Source of the DNA: an uncultured Verrucomicrobiae bacterium
GTDB lineage: Bacteria > Verrucomicrobiota > Verrucomicrobiia > Chthoniobacterales > UBA10450
Reading direction: 5' to 3'
Length of the DNA stretch: 64,000 nt
NCBI GenBank assembly: GCA_963801815.1
Contig: CAWDGJ010000003.1
Coordinates: 608,001 to 672,000, forward strand
The position numbers and the translations under genes were made by a program. Positions within the stretch are counted from its first letter, which is position 1; every line of letters starts with the position of its first letter. Under the pieces are notes generated by a model, which saw nothing but the letters and a program-made list of their open reading frames with translations, was not told the DNA's origin and ran no database searches. Of this stretch, positions 13,156 to 24,154 are shown piece after piece.

Positions 13156-13750
13156 TCACCGGCTCCCGGTCTGAGTGAACGTGATTGGAATTTTAACCAT
13201 CGTCGATCCGAGCGTGTTTGGTTTAAATCGCCACTTCTCGAACGCCGCTATTGCGCAATGATCTAGCAAAGCTTGGCCAGTGCTTCTTTCAGTGCGAACC
13301 GATTTAACGATTCCGCTGAATGGATCGACGTGAAGGACGAAGACTCCAGCTCCGGTAAGGCGTTGCTTTCTCGCGGCCTCTGGATAATCGGGCTTGGGTG
13401 CAAAAAGAACTACAGCTTTCGCAGGTTCTTTCGTTTCGCCGTCGACGTCGGAAAAATCCGGCTTTCGTGCTAGCCGAACGACGAAATCATATTTTTCAGC
13501 GAGACGCAAAACGTCCGTCGTACTTGCGTCGGGACTTTCGTCCATGGCCTCGCGATGGTCACACAGCGTGCCCATGCTGCTTTGCAATTTCTCGAAAGGC
13601 ACTTTCGAGGTCTCCCTTCGCAATCGGCTTGTCGTCGATGCTGAGGCTCCCATCGCGCGATTCGACGATTTTAAACGTTTTGTGAGGTTCCGCCGCGATA
13701 GCGGCAACTGCCGTGGCGATAATCGCAGCGATTGTTAGCGCGGTGCGCAT
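13156..13750 (-). CDS. Exported protein with a C-terminal TonB_C domain (frameshift near 13560)
   Basis: ORF 13559-13750 gives the signal peptide. ORF 13156-13707 gives [16 protein letters not shown]...[22 protein letters not shown]...IPITF. Confidence 0.75.
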
Positions 13751-13770
13751 CAGCTTCAGAAAAACAGCAA

Positions 13771-13799
13771 GAGATTCCTCGGCTCCGCTCGGAATGACA
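13771..13799. repeat. Half REP of the TGTCATTCCGAG family just after glnA
   Basis: gagattcctcggctccgctcggaatgaca. Confidence 0.7.
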
Positions 13800-13804
13800 G
13801 AGGC

Positions 13805-15232
13805 CTACACGTCGTAGTACATCGAGAACTCGTACGGATGCGGGCGGAGCCGCAGTGCGTCGTATTCTTTTTGCTTCATGTCGATCCAGTTGGCGATGAA
13901 GTCGGCGTTGAAGACGTCGCCGCGGAGGAGGAAGGAATGATCGGCCTGGAGCGCTTCGATCGCGCCGCGGAGTGAATCGGGCACGCTCGCGATCTGGGCG
14001 AGTTCTTCCGGCGGCAGATCGTAAAGATTTTTGTCGAGCGGATCGCCGGGATCGATGCGGTTCTGGACTCCATCGAGGCCCGCGAGCAGCATCGCGCTGA
14101 ACGCAAGATACGGATTCGCCGCCGCATCGGGCGTGCGGAACTCGATCCGTTTCGCTTTCGGACTCGGCGAATATGTCGGAATCCGGATCGCGGCGGAACG
14201 ATTGCGCGCGGAATAAGCGAGATTGACCGGCGCTTCGAATCCCGGGCACGAGGCGCTTGAAGCTGTTGGTGGTCGGATTCGTGAGGCAGGTGAGCGCGGG
14301 CGCGTGTTTCAAAATGCCGCCGATGAAAAACAGCGCGATATCGCTCAAGCCGGCGTAACCGTTGCCGGCGAAGAGCGGTTTGTCTCCGTTCCAAAGCGAG
14401 ATGTGGGTGTGCATGCCCGAGCCGTTGTCGCCAAAAAGCGGCTTCGGCATGAACGTCACGGTCTTGTTGTGCCGCTTGGCGACGTTGCGAATGATGTATT
14501 TGTAATACTGCATGCTGTCGCCCATGCGTTTGAGCGACGCGAAACGAATGTCGATCTCGGCCTGACCGGCGGTCGCGACTTCATGATGCTGGCGTTCGAT
14601 GGCAACGCCCGGCCTTCTCCATCTCCAGACACATTTCGTTGCGAATGTCCTGCAACGAGTCCATCGGCGAGACCGGGAAATAACCTTCCTTCGGGCGAAT
14701 CTTGTAACCGAGGTTCGGAAATTCCTCCCGCCCGCTGTTCCAATGTCCCTCGATGCTGTCGACAAGGTGCATCGACGAATTGCCTGCGTTGCTGAACCGG
14801 ACGTCATCGAAGATAAAAAACTCGGCTTCCGGTCCGAAGTAGGCGGTGTCGGCGATACCGGTTGATTTCAAATACGCTTCGGCTTTTTCGGCGACGCCGC
14901 GCGGGTCGCGATCGTACGGCTCGCGCGTGATCGGATCGACGATCGTGCAGATCAAGCGACAGCGTCGGCTCGGCGTTGAAGATGTCGATCCAGGCCGTCG
15001 CCGGATCGGGAATGACGAGCATGTCGGAGGCGTTGATGACTCTCCAGCCGCGAATGCTCGAGCCGTCGAAGCCGAGGCCGTCTTTGAAAATCTCCTCGTC
15101 GTATTCGGTGAGCGTGGTGGTGAAGTGCTGCCACGTGCCGAGCAAGTCGGTGAACTTGAAGTCGATCAACTTCACGTCGTTGTCTTTGATCATTTTACTG
15201 ACGTCGGATGGAGTTTTGTCTTTTGAGGCCAT
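13805..15232 (-). CDS. glnA: Glutamine synthetase type I (frameshifted)
   Basis: [73 protein letters not shown] and [13 protein letters not shown]. Confidence 0.97.
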
Positions 15233-15377
15233 TTTTTCTAAGGATGAGGGTATGAAGGATGAAAGAAGAAAATCGTTAATTCACTAAATCACTAACTCGT
15301 TAAATGCCGCCGTCCAGTTGCGACTTGCCCCAGGACGACTCGTTTGCGGCGGTTGTCTTGGCGAGCGCGCATATATT

Positions 15378-15734
<357 letters not shown>

Positions 15735-15877
15735 TTATTCACACAATCATGAGAGCAGACCCCCGAAAGCGTTCGGGGTTCATTAACAACGCGTGCATGC
15801 GCTTTGCAAACGCGGAAAATGCACCACGCGCTCTCTTAGCAACAGCGCACTGCGAATGCAAGTATTGTTTCGCTCGG

Positions 15878-16090
15878 AGACTGTTGAAACACTGGAGCGG
15901 GTCGCGCGTAGAGGCAGAAGGGGCGGATGGCAAGGATCGAGTCAGGCGCATCCGCCGCAGCCGGCGGTAACGAACGAGCGACGCCGCCATCCGCCCTTCT
16001 GCCTCGCGCCCGAAGGGTTGCGTTTGTGAATTTCTGGCGCTCGCTTGTTCTCCTGGGACATAAACCAGAGGCAACAACGCTCGCGCCAAT
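15878..16090. repeat. Structured non-coding element with two long hairpins (possible MITE remnant)
   Basis: 15911-15931 pairs with 15986-16005 (20 bp, one bulge). A second imperfect hairpin spans 16035-16088. The element begins AGACTGTTGAAAC. Confidence 0.5.
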
Positions 16091-16129
16091 CGGGCTTGTC
16101 CCACGTAGTTAATGCCGCGCTGGGTAACC

Positions 16130-16250
16130 TGTCATTCCGAGCGTGAGCGAGGAATCTCACAATCGAAGCGAGCGTCACGCAAAGCAATTTGTGTGATCCA
16201 TCAGCCTCGGGGGAGATCCTTCATCCCGCCGTCGCGGGATCCGGGATGAC
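16130..16250. repeat. REP-like element, TGTCATTCCGAGCG family
   Basis: Close match to 12934-13044, with an extra mini-hairpin atcccgccgtcgcgggat in the right arm. Confidence 0.8.
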
Positions 16251-16391
16251 GGCGAAAAAATCGCGAGCACGAATGCTTGGCAAATTTGACGAGACGCGAT
16301 TGACCGAACAATAATCAACGATGCCGCGCGATTCACTCCCCCGATCAAAGAAAATCGCGGACGGTCACATTGCGAAAACCTCCGGCGCGGC

Positions 16392-19300
16392 ATGTCTGAT
16401 TCATTCGTTCACCTCCATCTCCACACCGAATATTCGCTGCTCGATGGCGCGATTCGGATGAAGGAGCTGATGAAAAAAGCGGCCGAATTCAAGATGCCGG
16501 CGGTCGCGATGACCGATCACGGAAATCTATTCGGCGCGATCGAATTTTACCAGGAAGCGCAGCGCGCCGGGATCAAGCCGATCATCGGGTGCGAGGCTTA
16601 CATCGCGCCGCGTTCGCATAAAGGAACGGCCGAATTCGATGCGCGAAGCGGCTTATCATTTCACCCTGCTGGCCGAGGACGAGATCGGTTATCGCAATCT
16701 GGTCAAACTGATCTCGACCGCGCATCTCGACGGGTTTCATTACCGGCCGCGGATCGACAAGGAACTGCTCGCGCAGCATTCCGCGGGATTGATCGGACTG
16801 AGCGGCTGCCTCGCCGGCGAGGTGAATTCGGCAATCCAGGCGAACAACATTCAACAAAGCGACGCAAGCCGCGGCGGAGTATCGCGACATTCTTGGGCAG
16901 GAGAATTTCTTCGTCGAACTGCACGATCACGGAATCGAAGAACAAAAGTGCAACGCCGTGCTGCCGAAGATGGCGAAGGATCTTGGGGTCGGACTGGTCG
17001 CGGCGAACGATGTCCATTTTCTCGGCGCGACGATCACGACGCGCACGACGTGATGCTTTGCATCGGCACCGGCAAGATGGTGCAGGACGAAGCACGGATG
17101 CGTTATGTGCCGGAGCTTTATTTCAAATCGCCGGCGGAAATGCGCGCACTGTTCAAGGATCACCCGGACGCGATCACGAACACGCTGGCGATCGCCGAGC
17201 GCTGCGACCTCACGATCGAATTCGGCCGCTCGAAGTATCCCGAATATCCGGTGCCGGCAGGGGCACACCCGCGAGGAATATCTGCGCGAGCTTTGCGAGC
17301 AAGGACTCGAGGAGCGTTACGGCGAGACGCGCGAAGACCGACCCTCAACTGCGCGAACGCCTCGCCTACGAGCTGAGCGTGCTCGAGAAAACCGGATTCG
17401 TCAGCTACATCCTGATCGTTTGGGATTTCATTCACTTCGCCAAAGGCCGCGGCATTCCGGTCGGTCCCGGGCGCGGTTCGGCGGCCGGTTCGCTGGTCGC
17501 GTACGTTCTCGGGATCACCGACATCGATCCGCTTCAATTCGGTTTGATCTTCGAACGATTTTTGAATCCGGATCGCGTTTCGCCGCCGGATATCGACGTC
17601 GATTTTTGCGAAGCGCGCCGCGGCGAAGTGCTCGAATACGTCCGCCAGAAATACGGCGAACGCCGCGTCTCGCAGATCATCACCTTCGGAAAACTGAAAG
17701 CGAAAAGCGTGGTGCGCGACGTCGGTCGCGTGATGGGGCTGTCCTACCGCGACGCCGATCGGATCGCGAAGATGATTCCGAACGAGCTGAACATCACTCT
17801 CGCTTCCGCGGCGGAAAAGAATCCGGAGCTGAAACGAGCGATCGAGACCGAGCCGGAAACCAGACAGCTTTTGGAATACGCGAAGATTCTGGAAGGACTT
17901 TCGCGCAACGCCGGAGTGCACGCTGCCGGCGTCGTCATCGCCGATCGCGATCTGTCCGATTACATCCCGCTCTGCCGCGACGCGAAGGGCAACGACGTCG
18001 ATCAGCCAGTATCCGATGGGGCCGCTGAACGATCTCGGACTGCTGAAGATGGATTTCCTCGGCTTGAAAACGCTGACCGTGATCGAGGACACGGTCAATT
18101 TGATTCGCAGCCGCGAGCCGGATTTTTCACTCAAAAAATATTCCGCTCGACGACGCAGCCACGTTCGACCTCTACAACCGCGGCGAAACGATCGGCCTTT
18201 TCCAAATGGAATCAGGCGGAATGACGAGCCACCGCCAAGCAGTTCGACGTGCAGAAGATCGACGACATCATCGCGTTGATCGCGCTCTATCGGCCCGGCC
18301 CGATGGATTTGATCGGCGATTACATCAAGCGCAAGAAAGGTCTGACCAAGATTCGGTACGAGCATCCGCTGCTCGAGGAAATCTGCGCCGACACCTACGG
18401 CGTCATGATTTATCAGGAGCAGGTGATGGCGGCGGCGAGCAAGCTGGCCGGCTATTCGCTTAGCGCAAGGCGATCTGCTTCGGCGCGCGATGGGCAAAAA
18501 GGACCGCGAGAAAATGGCGAAGGAGCGCGCAGAACTTCATCGAAGGTTGCGCGCGGACGAACAAGATCCCGGAGAAAAAGGCGAACGCGATTTTCGATTT
18601 GCTGGAAAAATTCGCCGGCTACGGATTCAACAAGAGCCACAGCGCGGCCTACGGCGTGATCAGTTATCAGACGGCGTATTTGAAAGCGCATTATCCGGTC
18701 GAGTTCATGGCCGGTTTGCTGAGCAACGAAATCAACAACACCGACAAGATTTCGGTTTTCGTCGGCGAATGTAAACGGATGGGCATCGCGATCCTGCCGC
18801 CGGATATCAACCGCAGCGGGCTGAAGTTCACGCCCGAAGAGCACGACGGTAAAATGGCGATTCGTTACGGACTGGCCGCGATCAAGAACGTGGGCGAATC
18901 GGCGATGCGAGCGTCAATCGAAGAACGCGAGCGGGGAGGGGATTTCACTTCGCTGGAGGATTTTTGCGGCCGACTCGGGACGCGCATCGCGAATCGCAAA
19001 ATGCTCGAAAGTCTGGTCAAAGCCGGCGCATTCGATTTTCTCGGACGCGATCGCGCCGAGCTTTTCGCCTGCATCGACGAATCGCTTTCTTCCGCGGCCG
19101 CGGCCCATCGTGATCGGACACTCGGTCAGGTTTCGTTGTTCGATGAGGAGACGCATGCCGCGACCACGCGAAAGCGCGTCGTCGTGCCATGGAGCGACCA
19201 CGAAAAACTTTCCTACGAAAAAGAGCTGCTCGGATTTTACGTCAGCGGCCATCCGCTCGACGCTTATTCGGATCTGTTCGCAGCGAAAAAATATCAGCCG

Positions 19301-19879
19301 ATCGGTTCGTTAGGCGATTTGGAGGACCGTTCGCAATTCAGGATCGCGGGAGCGATCGTGCAGGCCGAAAAGAAGTTCACCCGCAAGGAGGGCAAGCCGT
19401 TCGCAGTGGTTTGGATCGAAGATCTGACCGGCACGCTCGAAGTTGTGGTTTGGAACGACGTTTACGTGACGGTTTCGGAGCTGCTGGTCCCGGGTCACGT
19501 CGTGGAAATCCGCGGCACGATCGACACTCGTGGCGATTCTCTGCGCGCTACCGCGCAAAAAATTAGACTGCCAACCGCGAACAAACCAAATGGCGCCTCG
19601 AACGGGAATGGCGGATCTACATCACTCGATGAGCCCGTGCTGCTGTTGCAATTTTCACCCGCGACAACGAGCGAAGAGTTGCGTGAAGTGCGGGATCTCT
19701 TGGCGAGCTCTCCTGGCAAGCGTCCCGTTCAACTTCTGTTTGACCGGCCGAGTGGCGAACCGTTGCGAGTGGATGCGGGGTCCAATCTGTGCGTTAATCT
19801 CACGAGCGAGCTCGAGGGGAAATTGATGCGCTGGCTGGTGATTTCCAAACCTGTCCGCCGCGGCGAACCCGCTCAGTAG
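16392..19879 (+). CDS. dnaE: DNA polymerase III alpha subunit (multiple frameshifts)
   Basis: PHP motif [75 protein letters not shown] and [14 protein letters not shown]. Confidence 0.97.
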
Positions 19880-20047
19880 CTACCTCGCTGGCACCGCGCT
19901 TCAGCGCGGTGGACACGGGATGTCCGCGATCAAAACCGTTTGAACGGTTTCATAGTTGTCCTGTATCGAATTACCGGCTGGGGCCCGGTGTTGCTCGCTG
20001 AACGTGCCCTTGGCATCGCGGCAACCGGCGCGCTCTCTCGCTTCCAT

Positions 20048-20116
20048 GAACTTGAATGCTTTATGCATTCAAGTTCGCTGGGCGCATACTGATCTTGAAT
20101 GCATATTGCATTCAAG
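20048..20116. promoter_or_regulatory. Tandem pair of palindromes CTTGAATGC-N5-GCATTCAAG
   Basis: GAACTTGAATGC-TTTAT-GCATTCAAGTTC (20048-20076) and CTTGAATGC-ATATT-GCATTCAAG (20094-20116). Function unknown. Confidence 0.5.
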
Positions 20117-20162
20117 TTATCCCCTCGGTCGACCGGCGAGGGATCAAATACCCTGAAGGCAG

Positions 20163-22436
20163 TTAACGGCGCTTTGACTTTTTGCGCGGCCGTTCGGGCG
20201 TCGGTGTCGGTTTCGGATGCAGACCAAACGTGAATGATTGCGGTGCCGGCTTTTCCCCGAAACAAATCGGAATCTTTGTGGCCCCCGACGGAAGCGGTTG
20301 GCCTTGTGCCGTGATAACCGAATGTCGGGGCGTCATGCTCCAGCCGCCTTCAAGAATTCCGCCAACCAGTTCGATTTGGTTGATCATCGGCGCCAGCGTG
20401 ATGCCGACCGGCTGAAGATTGATACGACTGACGCAGGAATCTGGCGGCGTGGTCAGCTCAAACACTGGCACGCTCGGAAAGATGACGATCTTTGTTTCCG
20501 CAAGATCGTGCAGATCAATGTCGCCGCGAAGCGAAACATCTACGTCCGCGGTCGCAGCATTCAAAAACTCAATTTTGCCATGATCGCCGTCGAACGTCAG
20601 ACGGCCGCTTGCTTGTGCTAAATCCAACGGCGCGTTTTGCAACTTGGCGTTAACCAACTGGACGTCGCCAGTGATGGACGGGTGCTGAAGGGTCTGGCTC
20701 CACGAAATGGCGCCGGTCAAAATTCCTTCATTGAAAACTGGCGGATGGAAGAGCTGCGGAGCGCTCGCCAAAACTATCGTCGGGAAACTAATCTGCAGCT
20801 CCAACGGTGAAGACAGGAACCCTTTCCAGTCTTCGCCAATCTTCAGTGGAAATTTCGCCCTTGCATCAATCGGACTCGATCCCGGCAAGGTAAAGAGGGT
20901 GTGAGCATCCCATACGCCTGATGAAATCTTTGCCTCGAGCTGAACCGGAACAGCGGCCCCAGAGGCAGGCCGGCCCAGGAGAAGATATTCGGACGCGTCG
21001 CCCACTTTCGCCTCGATGTTGCCGGAATAATCCTGCTCGTGCTCGATGTCGATCTTGCCTTGCGCACGAACGAAATCTTTTTTGCGGACGAGCTCAAATT
21101 GCTCGAGCTCGAGCTCGCTGGCTTTAAGATTTATTTTCGCGTTCAACCGGTCGATCTGTCTTTTGAACAGTGACAAGGAATTTCCGCTCGCGGTCAGGTG
21201 GCCACCCAGCTTTCGCTCGCGCGCGTTGAGTGTTCCTTCAATCGCGATCGCACCGGCGAAATCACCGCGGGCAGCGCCGAAGAGTTCGGCAAATTGTCCA
21301 AGATCGCTGATCGATCCCAGGATCTGGCCGCGGAAATCGGGGTTGAGCCAGTCGGCAGATTTCGAAGGCAGCGCGCCATCGCCGCTCATGGTTAACTGAT
21401 TCTTGCGCTGTTTGATGAAAAGCTGTTGAAGCTGGATCTGCCGGTTATAAAAAATCGCTCCCAGCATGATCAGGTCGGCTGCGCGATTGTGCCAGCTCAG
21501 CCCATTGAGCTCAGTCCAGATGGAAGCCGTTCCGCTGAATGGGTCGCGCGGATCCCCGCGGAAAGTGAAGTTGCAGGCGCGAAGCGATCCGCCGAGCCGA
21601 TCGGTGAATCCGAATGCGTCGGACGTTTGGGCGAGTGAGATGCCGGACGCAGTTCCAGCGAGGTTCCAAATCGAATGTTGTTCGTCCCACTCGTTGGAAA
21701 TACTGGCCCGAATCTTACCGCCAAGGACATCGAGATCGAACTGGAGATCGGCGCGCTCGTTATCAAGTCGGGAAAGATCAACGATGATGGATTGGAGATC
21801 GATACCGCGCTCCAGATTCAGGCCGCCGATCGTGAGACGATTGTCCTGCCACTTGGTTGCGCCACGCAATTGCGAGAAGGTTTGTCGAAACAGCGGGGAC
21901 GTGAGCGCGAATTCACCGGCGGAGAAACGGCCGGACTCGATTTGGTTTCCGGAAATGGACGCATTGCGCAAAAGAACAACGCTTGGCCCGTTCTCAACCC
22001 GCACATCGAGATGCCCGATGTCGAAGTTGGTGGGAAGCAGCGCTTGCAGCGCCCGCCAGTTGAAATCGAGCGGTCGCTTCGAGCCTGAGAAATCGCGGCG
22101 AATTTCAGCGTGTGTGTTTTCGATCGTCAACCCATGAACGCCGTTTATTTTGGCGGCTATGAGTCTCGCCAAATTGAGACGAAGGACGACATGCTCGGCG
22201 GTCAACTCGATCTGGGTCGATACGCCGGCCTCGTTCGTAACGCGGATTCGTTCGATGGAAACGGGGCGCAGAAAAGGCGCGTTGATTTTTCCGAGCTCAA
22301 TCTTCAAATGTTGACGATGCGCCTGCCAGTGGAGCCAGCCGCGGAACGCGCTCGCTATCAGGACCGGTAATAACGCGATGCTGGCAAGAGCGGCCAACAA
22401 AACGAAGGCGAGCAGAAGCAGTCGGGTTCGAGACAT
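20163..22436 (-). CDS. AsmA/TamB-like periplasmic beta-taco protein
   Basis: N-terminal membrane anchor followed by about 720 aa of repetitive beta-rich sequence. The family call is tentative. Confidence 0.55.
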   Translation of the reverse strand: MSRTRLLLLAFVLLAALASIALLPVLIASAFRGWLHWQAHRQHLKIELGKINAPFLRPVSIERIRVTNEAGVSTQIELTAEHVVLRLNLARLIAAKINGVHGLTIENTHAEIRRDFSGSKRPLDFNWRALQALLPTNFDIGHLDVRVENGPSVVLLRNASISGNQIESGRFSAGEFALTSPLFRQTFSQLRGATKWQDNRLTIGGLNLERGIDLQSIIVDLSRLDNERADLQFDLDVLGGKIRASISNEWDEQHSIWNLAGTASGISLAQTSDAFGFTDRLGGSLRACNFTFRGDPRDPFSGTASIWTELNGLSWHNRAADLIMLGAIFYNRQIQLQQLFIKQRKNQLTMSGDGALPSKSADWLNPDFRGQILGSISDLGQFAELFGAARGDFAGAIAIEGTLNARERKLGGHLTASGNSLSLFKRQIDRLNAKINLKASELELEQFELVRKKDFVRAQGKIDIEHEQDYSGNIEAKVGDASEYLLLGRPASGAAVPVQLEAKISSGVWDAHTLFTLPGSSPIDARAKFPLKIGEDWKGFLSSPLELQISFPTIVLASAPQLFHPPVFNEGILTGAISWSQTLQHPSITGDVQLVNAKLQNAPLDLAQASGRLTFDGDHGKIEFLNAATADVDVSLRGDIDLHDLAETKIVIFPSVPVFELTTPPDSCVSRINLQPVGITLAPMINQIELVGGILEGGWSMTPRHSVITAQGQPLPSGATKIPICFGEKPAPQSFTFGLHPKPTPTPERPRKKSKRR

Positions 22437-22485
22437 GCGCGGTGGACATTGCTTTAATCGCAAACGTCCAACGCGGAAAGTAGGT

Positions 22486-23190
22486 TTATTTCTGGGCGCT
22501 CGGCGGCGATTCGGCCGGCGTTGGATTTGTAAAAACAAGGCGAATCGGCTGCCGCGCGTGGATTCGTTTGCTAAGCTGATTTTGCAATTCCTGCTCGGCA
22601 TCACCCGGCAAACCAATCTCGACTGCCTGCTTTCGCGCCATCTCCGGCAGCTGGACGAGTTCATTCTGCAAATCAGCGCCGGAAATGTGGTTCCAGAGGC
22701 CGTTTTCCAGGGCCAGCACGTCGACGCCCCGTTCCTCGACGCCGACGATCTCGGCATGCGGCAGCTGGATAATGATTTCGTCCGGACGAACTTCGACGCT
22801 CACGTCTTGCCGCAGATCAAAGCCGGCCTTGGCCACAAAGGTGCCGCTCAACTTGATCCGCTTCGAGCTGCCTGCCCAGGTATGGGCGAATTCGCGTTTC
22901 ACTTTTAATTGCTTGGTGAGCGTGGTGAGCTCAGCCGTCGGCGAGGCAGTTGGGTCCACCACCGTCTTATTGTTGATCGTGATACGCGGCTGCAAATTCG
23001 CGATGTCGACAAAGGCGGAACGCAAATCTTTTCCGAGCCGTTCAAGATCTTCGGTCCCCTGACCAATGGTGCGGGCCGGCCAGCTTTCCAGGCGCAAGAA
23101 AACAACAACGCCTGCGGCAACTACGACCAAGGCAACAATCGTAAGCGCCGCCGGCCAGGAAAATCTACCGGACGTTTCGGAGTTCGACAT
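22486..23190 (-). CDS. DUF4230-like membrane-anchored protein
   Basis: N-terminal TM segment and the pattern AKAGFDL...IIIQLPHAEI. Confidence 0.65.
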   Translation of the reverse strand: MSNSETSGRFSWPAALTIVALVVVAAGVVVFLRLESWPARTIGQGTEDLERLGKDLRSAFVDIANLQPRITINNKTVVDPTASPTAELTTLTKQLKVKREFAHTWAGSSKRIKLSGTFVAKAGFDLRQDVSVEVRPDEIIIQLPHAEIVGVEERGVDVLALENGLWNHISGADLQNELVQLPEMARKQAVEIGLPGDAEQELQNQLSKRIHARQPIRLVFTNPTPAESPPSAQK

Positions 23191-23249
23191 TGGTGCGAGC
23201 CGCACGGGTATAGTTGGATGTTAAGAATTCGACGTTTTCTTCAATCCCC

Positions 23250-23291
23250 AAAAAAGTACCGCCCCCCACGCCCGATGGGCGTGAAGGGCGG
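23250..23291 (-). terminator. Intrinsic terminator-like hairpin on the minus strand
   Basis: The minus-strand RNA CCGCCCUUCACGCCC-AUC-GGGCGUGGGGGGCGG-UAC-UUUUUU forms a 15-bp stem with two G-U pairs followed by a U run. Confidence 0.7.
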
Positions 23292-23511
23292 CTGTTCCCC
23301 CCAGAACAATTTTTAAAGCTGTGGTGCTAGTAGCCGAGCTTATGCAATGCCGCAACAAAAATTTCTATAAATTATGAGCATTGTTTGGCTTCAGACGCAA
23401 GTGACACATTCCGGACCGGTTAAATATCGCCAAAGCTCCTCCCTGGGGAAGATGTCCAGTCACCCGTCGGGTGACACTTGCGGAACCAGATGATGCGCGT
23501 TCTAATTTAAT

Positions 23512-24075
23512 ATGCGCGATTTGGGTTCGAAAAAGCCGCACAGTCTCGCGGGCTCTTTGCTGGTAGCGCATCCAAGCATGCTTGATCCAAATTTTCGCCG
23601 AGCCGTGTTGTTTATTTCTGCACACGATCCCGACGATGGCGCGATTGGCGTCATCATCAATCGGCCGTTGGATAAAAGTGTTTCAGATCTCGTGACCGAG
23701 ACGCCGCCGCAAAATCTGGCGGACGTTCCGGTTTTTTTTGGCGGGCCGGTCGGGAACAACCAATTAATGCTGGCGGCTTTTGAGTGGCACAAAGGCGACG
23801 GTCTAAAATTGAATCACCAGGCGACGAATGTCCTCGAAGCCGTTCCTGGCGCATCTGGAGATGGGCAGGGCATCCGAGCATTTCTGGGTTATGCCGGATG
23901 GAGCGCGGGCCAGCTCGAAGCCGAGATGAAACAACAAGCGTGGATCGTGCAAAAACCAAGTCGCGCGGCTTTGAAATTCGAGCGGCTGTCGCGGCTGTGG
24001 TTCGACATCATGAACAAACTCGGCCCGTGGTATCGCATGCTTGCGGCCGCGCCCGACGATCCGTCACTTAACTAG
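23512..24075 (+). CDS. YqgE/AlgH-family protein
   Basis: LLVAHPSMLDPNFRRAV, GAIGVIINRP, FFGGPV and FLGYAGWSAGQLEAE. Confidence 0.93.
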   Translation: MRDLGSKKPHSLAGSLLVAHPSMLDPNFRRAVLFISAHDPDDGAIGVIINRPLDKSVSDLVTETPPQNLADVPVFFGGPVGNNQLMLAAFEWHKGDGLKLNHQATNVLEAVPGASGDGQGIRAFLGYAGWSAGQLEAEMKQQAWIVQKPSRAALKFERLSRLWFDIMNKLGPWYRMLAAAPDDPSLN

Positions 24076-24148
24076 TGACGAGTGACGAGAAAAAAGACTC
24101 GCCATCTTGCATTTTTGACTTGTCACCTGTCACTCGTCACTAGTCACT
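24074..24148. repeat. Inverted pair of heptamer tandem repeats (AGTGACG / TGTCACT)
   Basis: agtgacgagtgacgag ... ttgtcacctgtcactcgtcactagtcact. Confidence 0.75.
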
Positions 24149-24154
24149 GTCTTC

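Noticed and set aside
17160..18497. Long antisense ORFs (e.g. 445 aa opposite dnaE, and others opposite gyrA, yidC and tamB)
   Set aside because: These are shadow frames expected in high-GC coding DNA and show no recognisable motifs.
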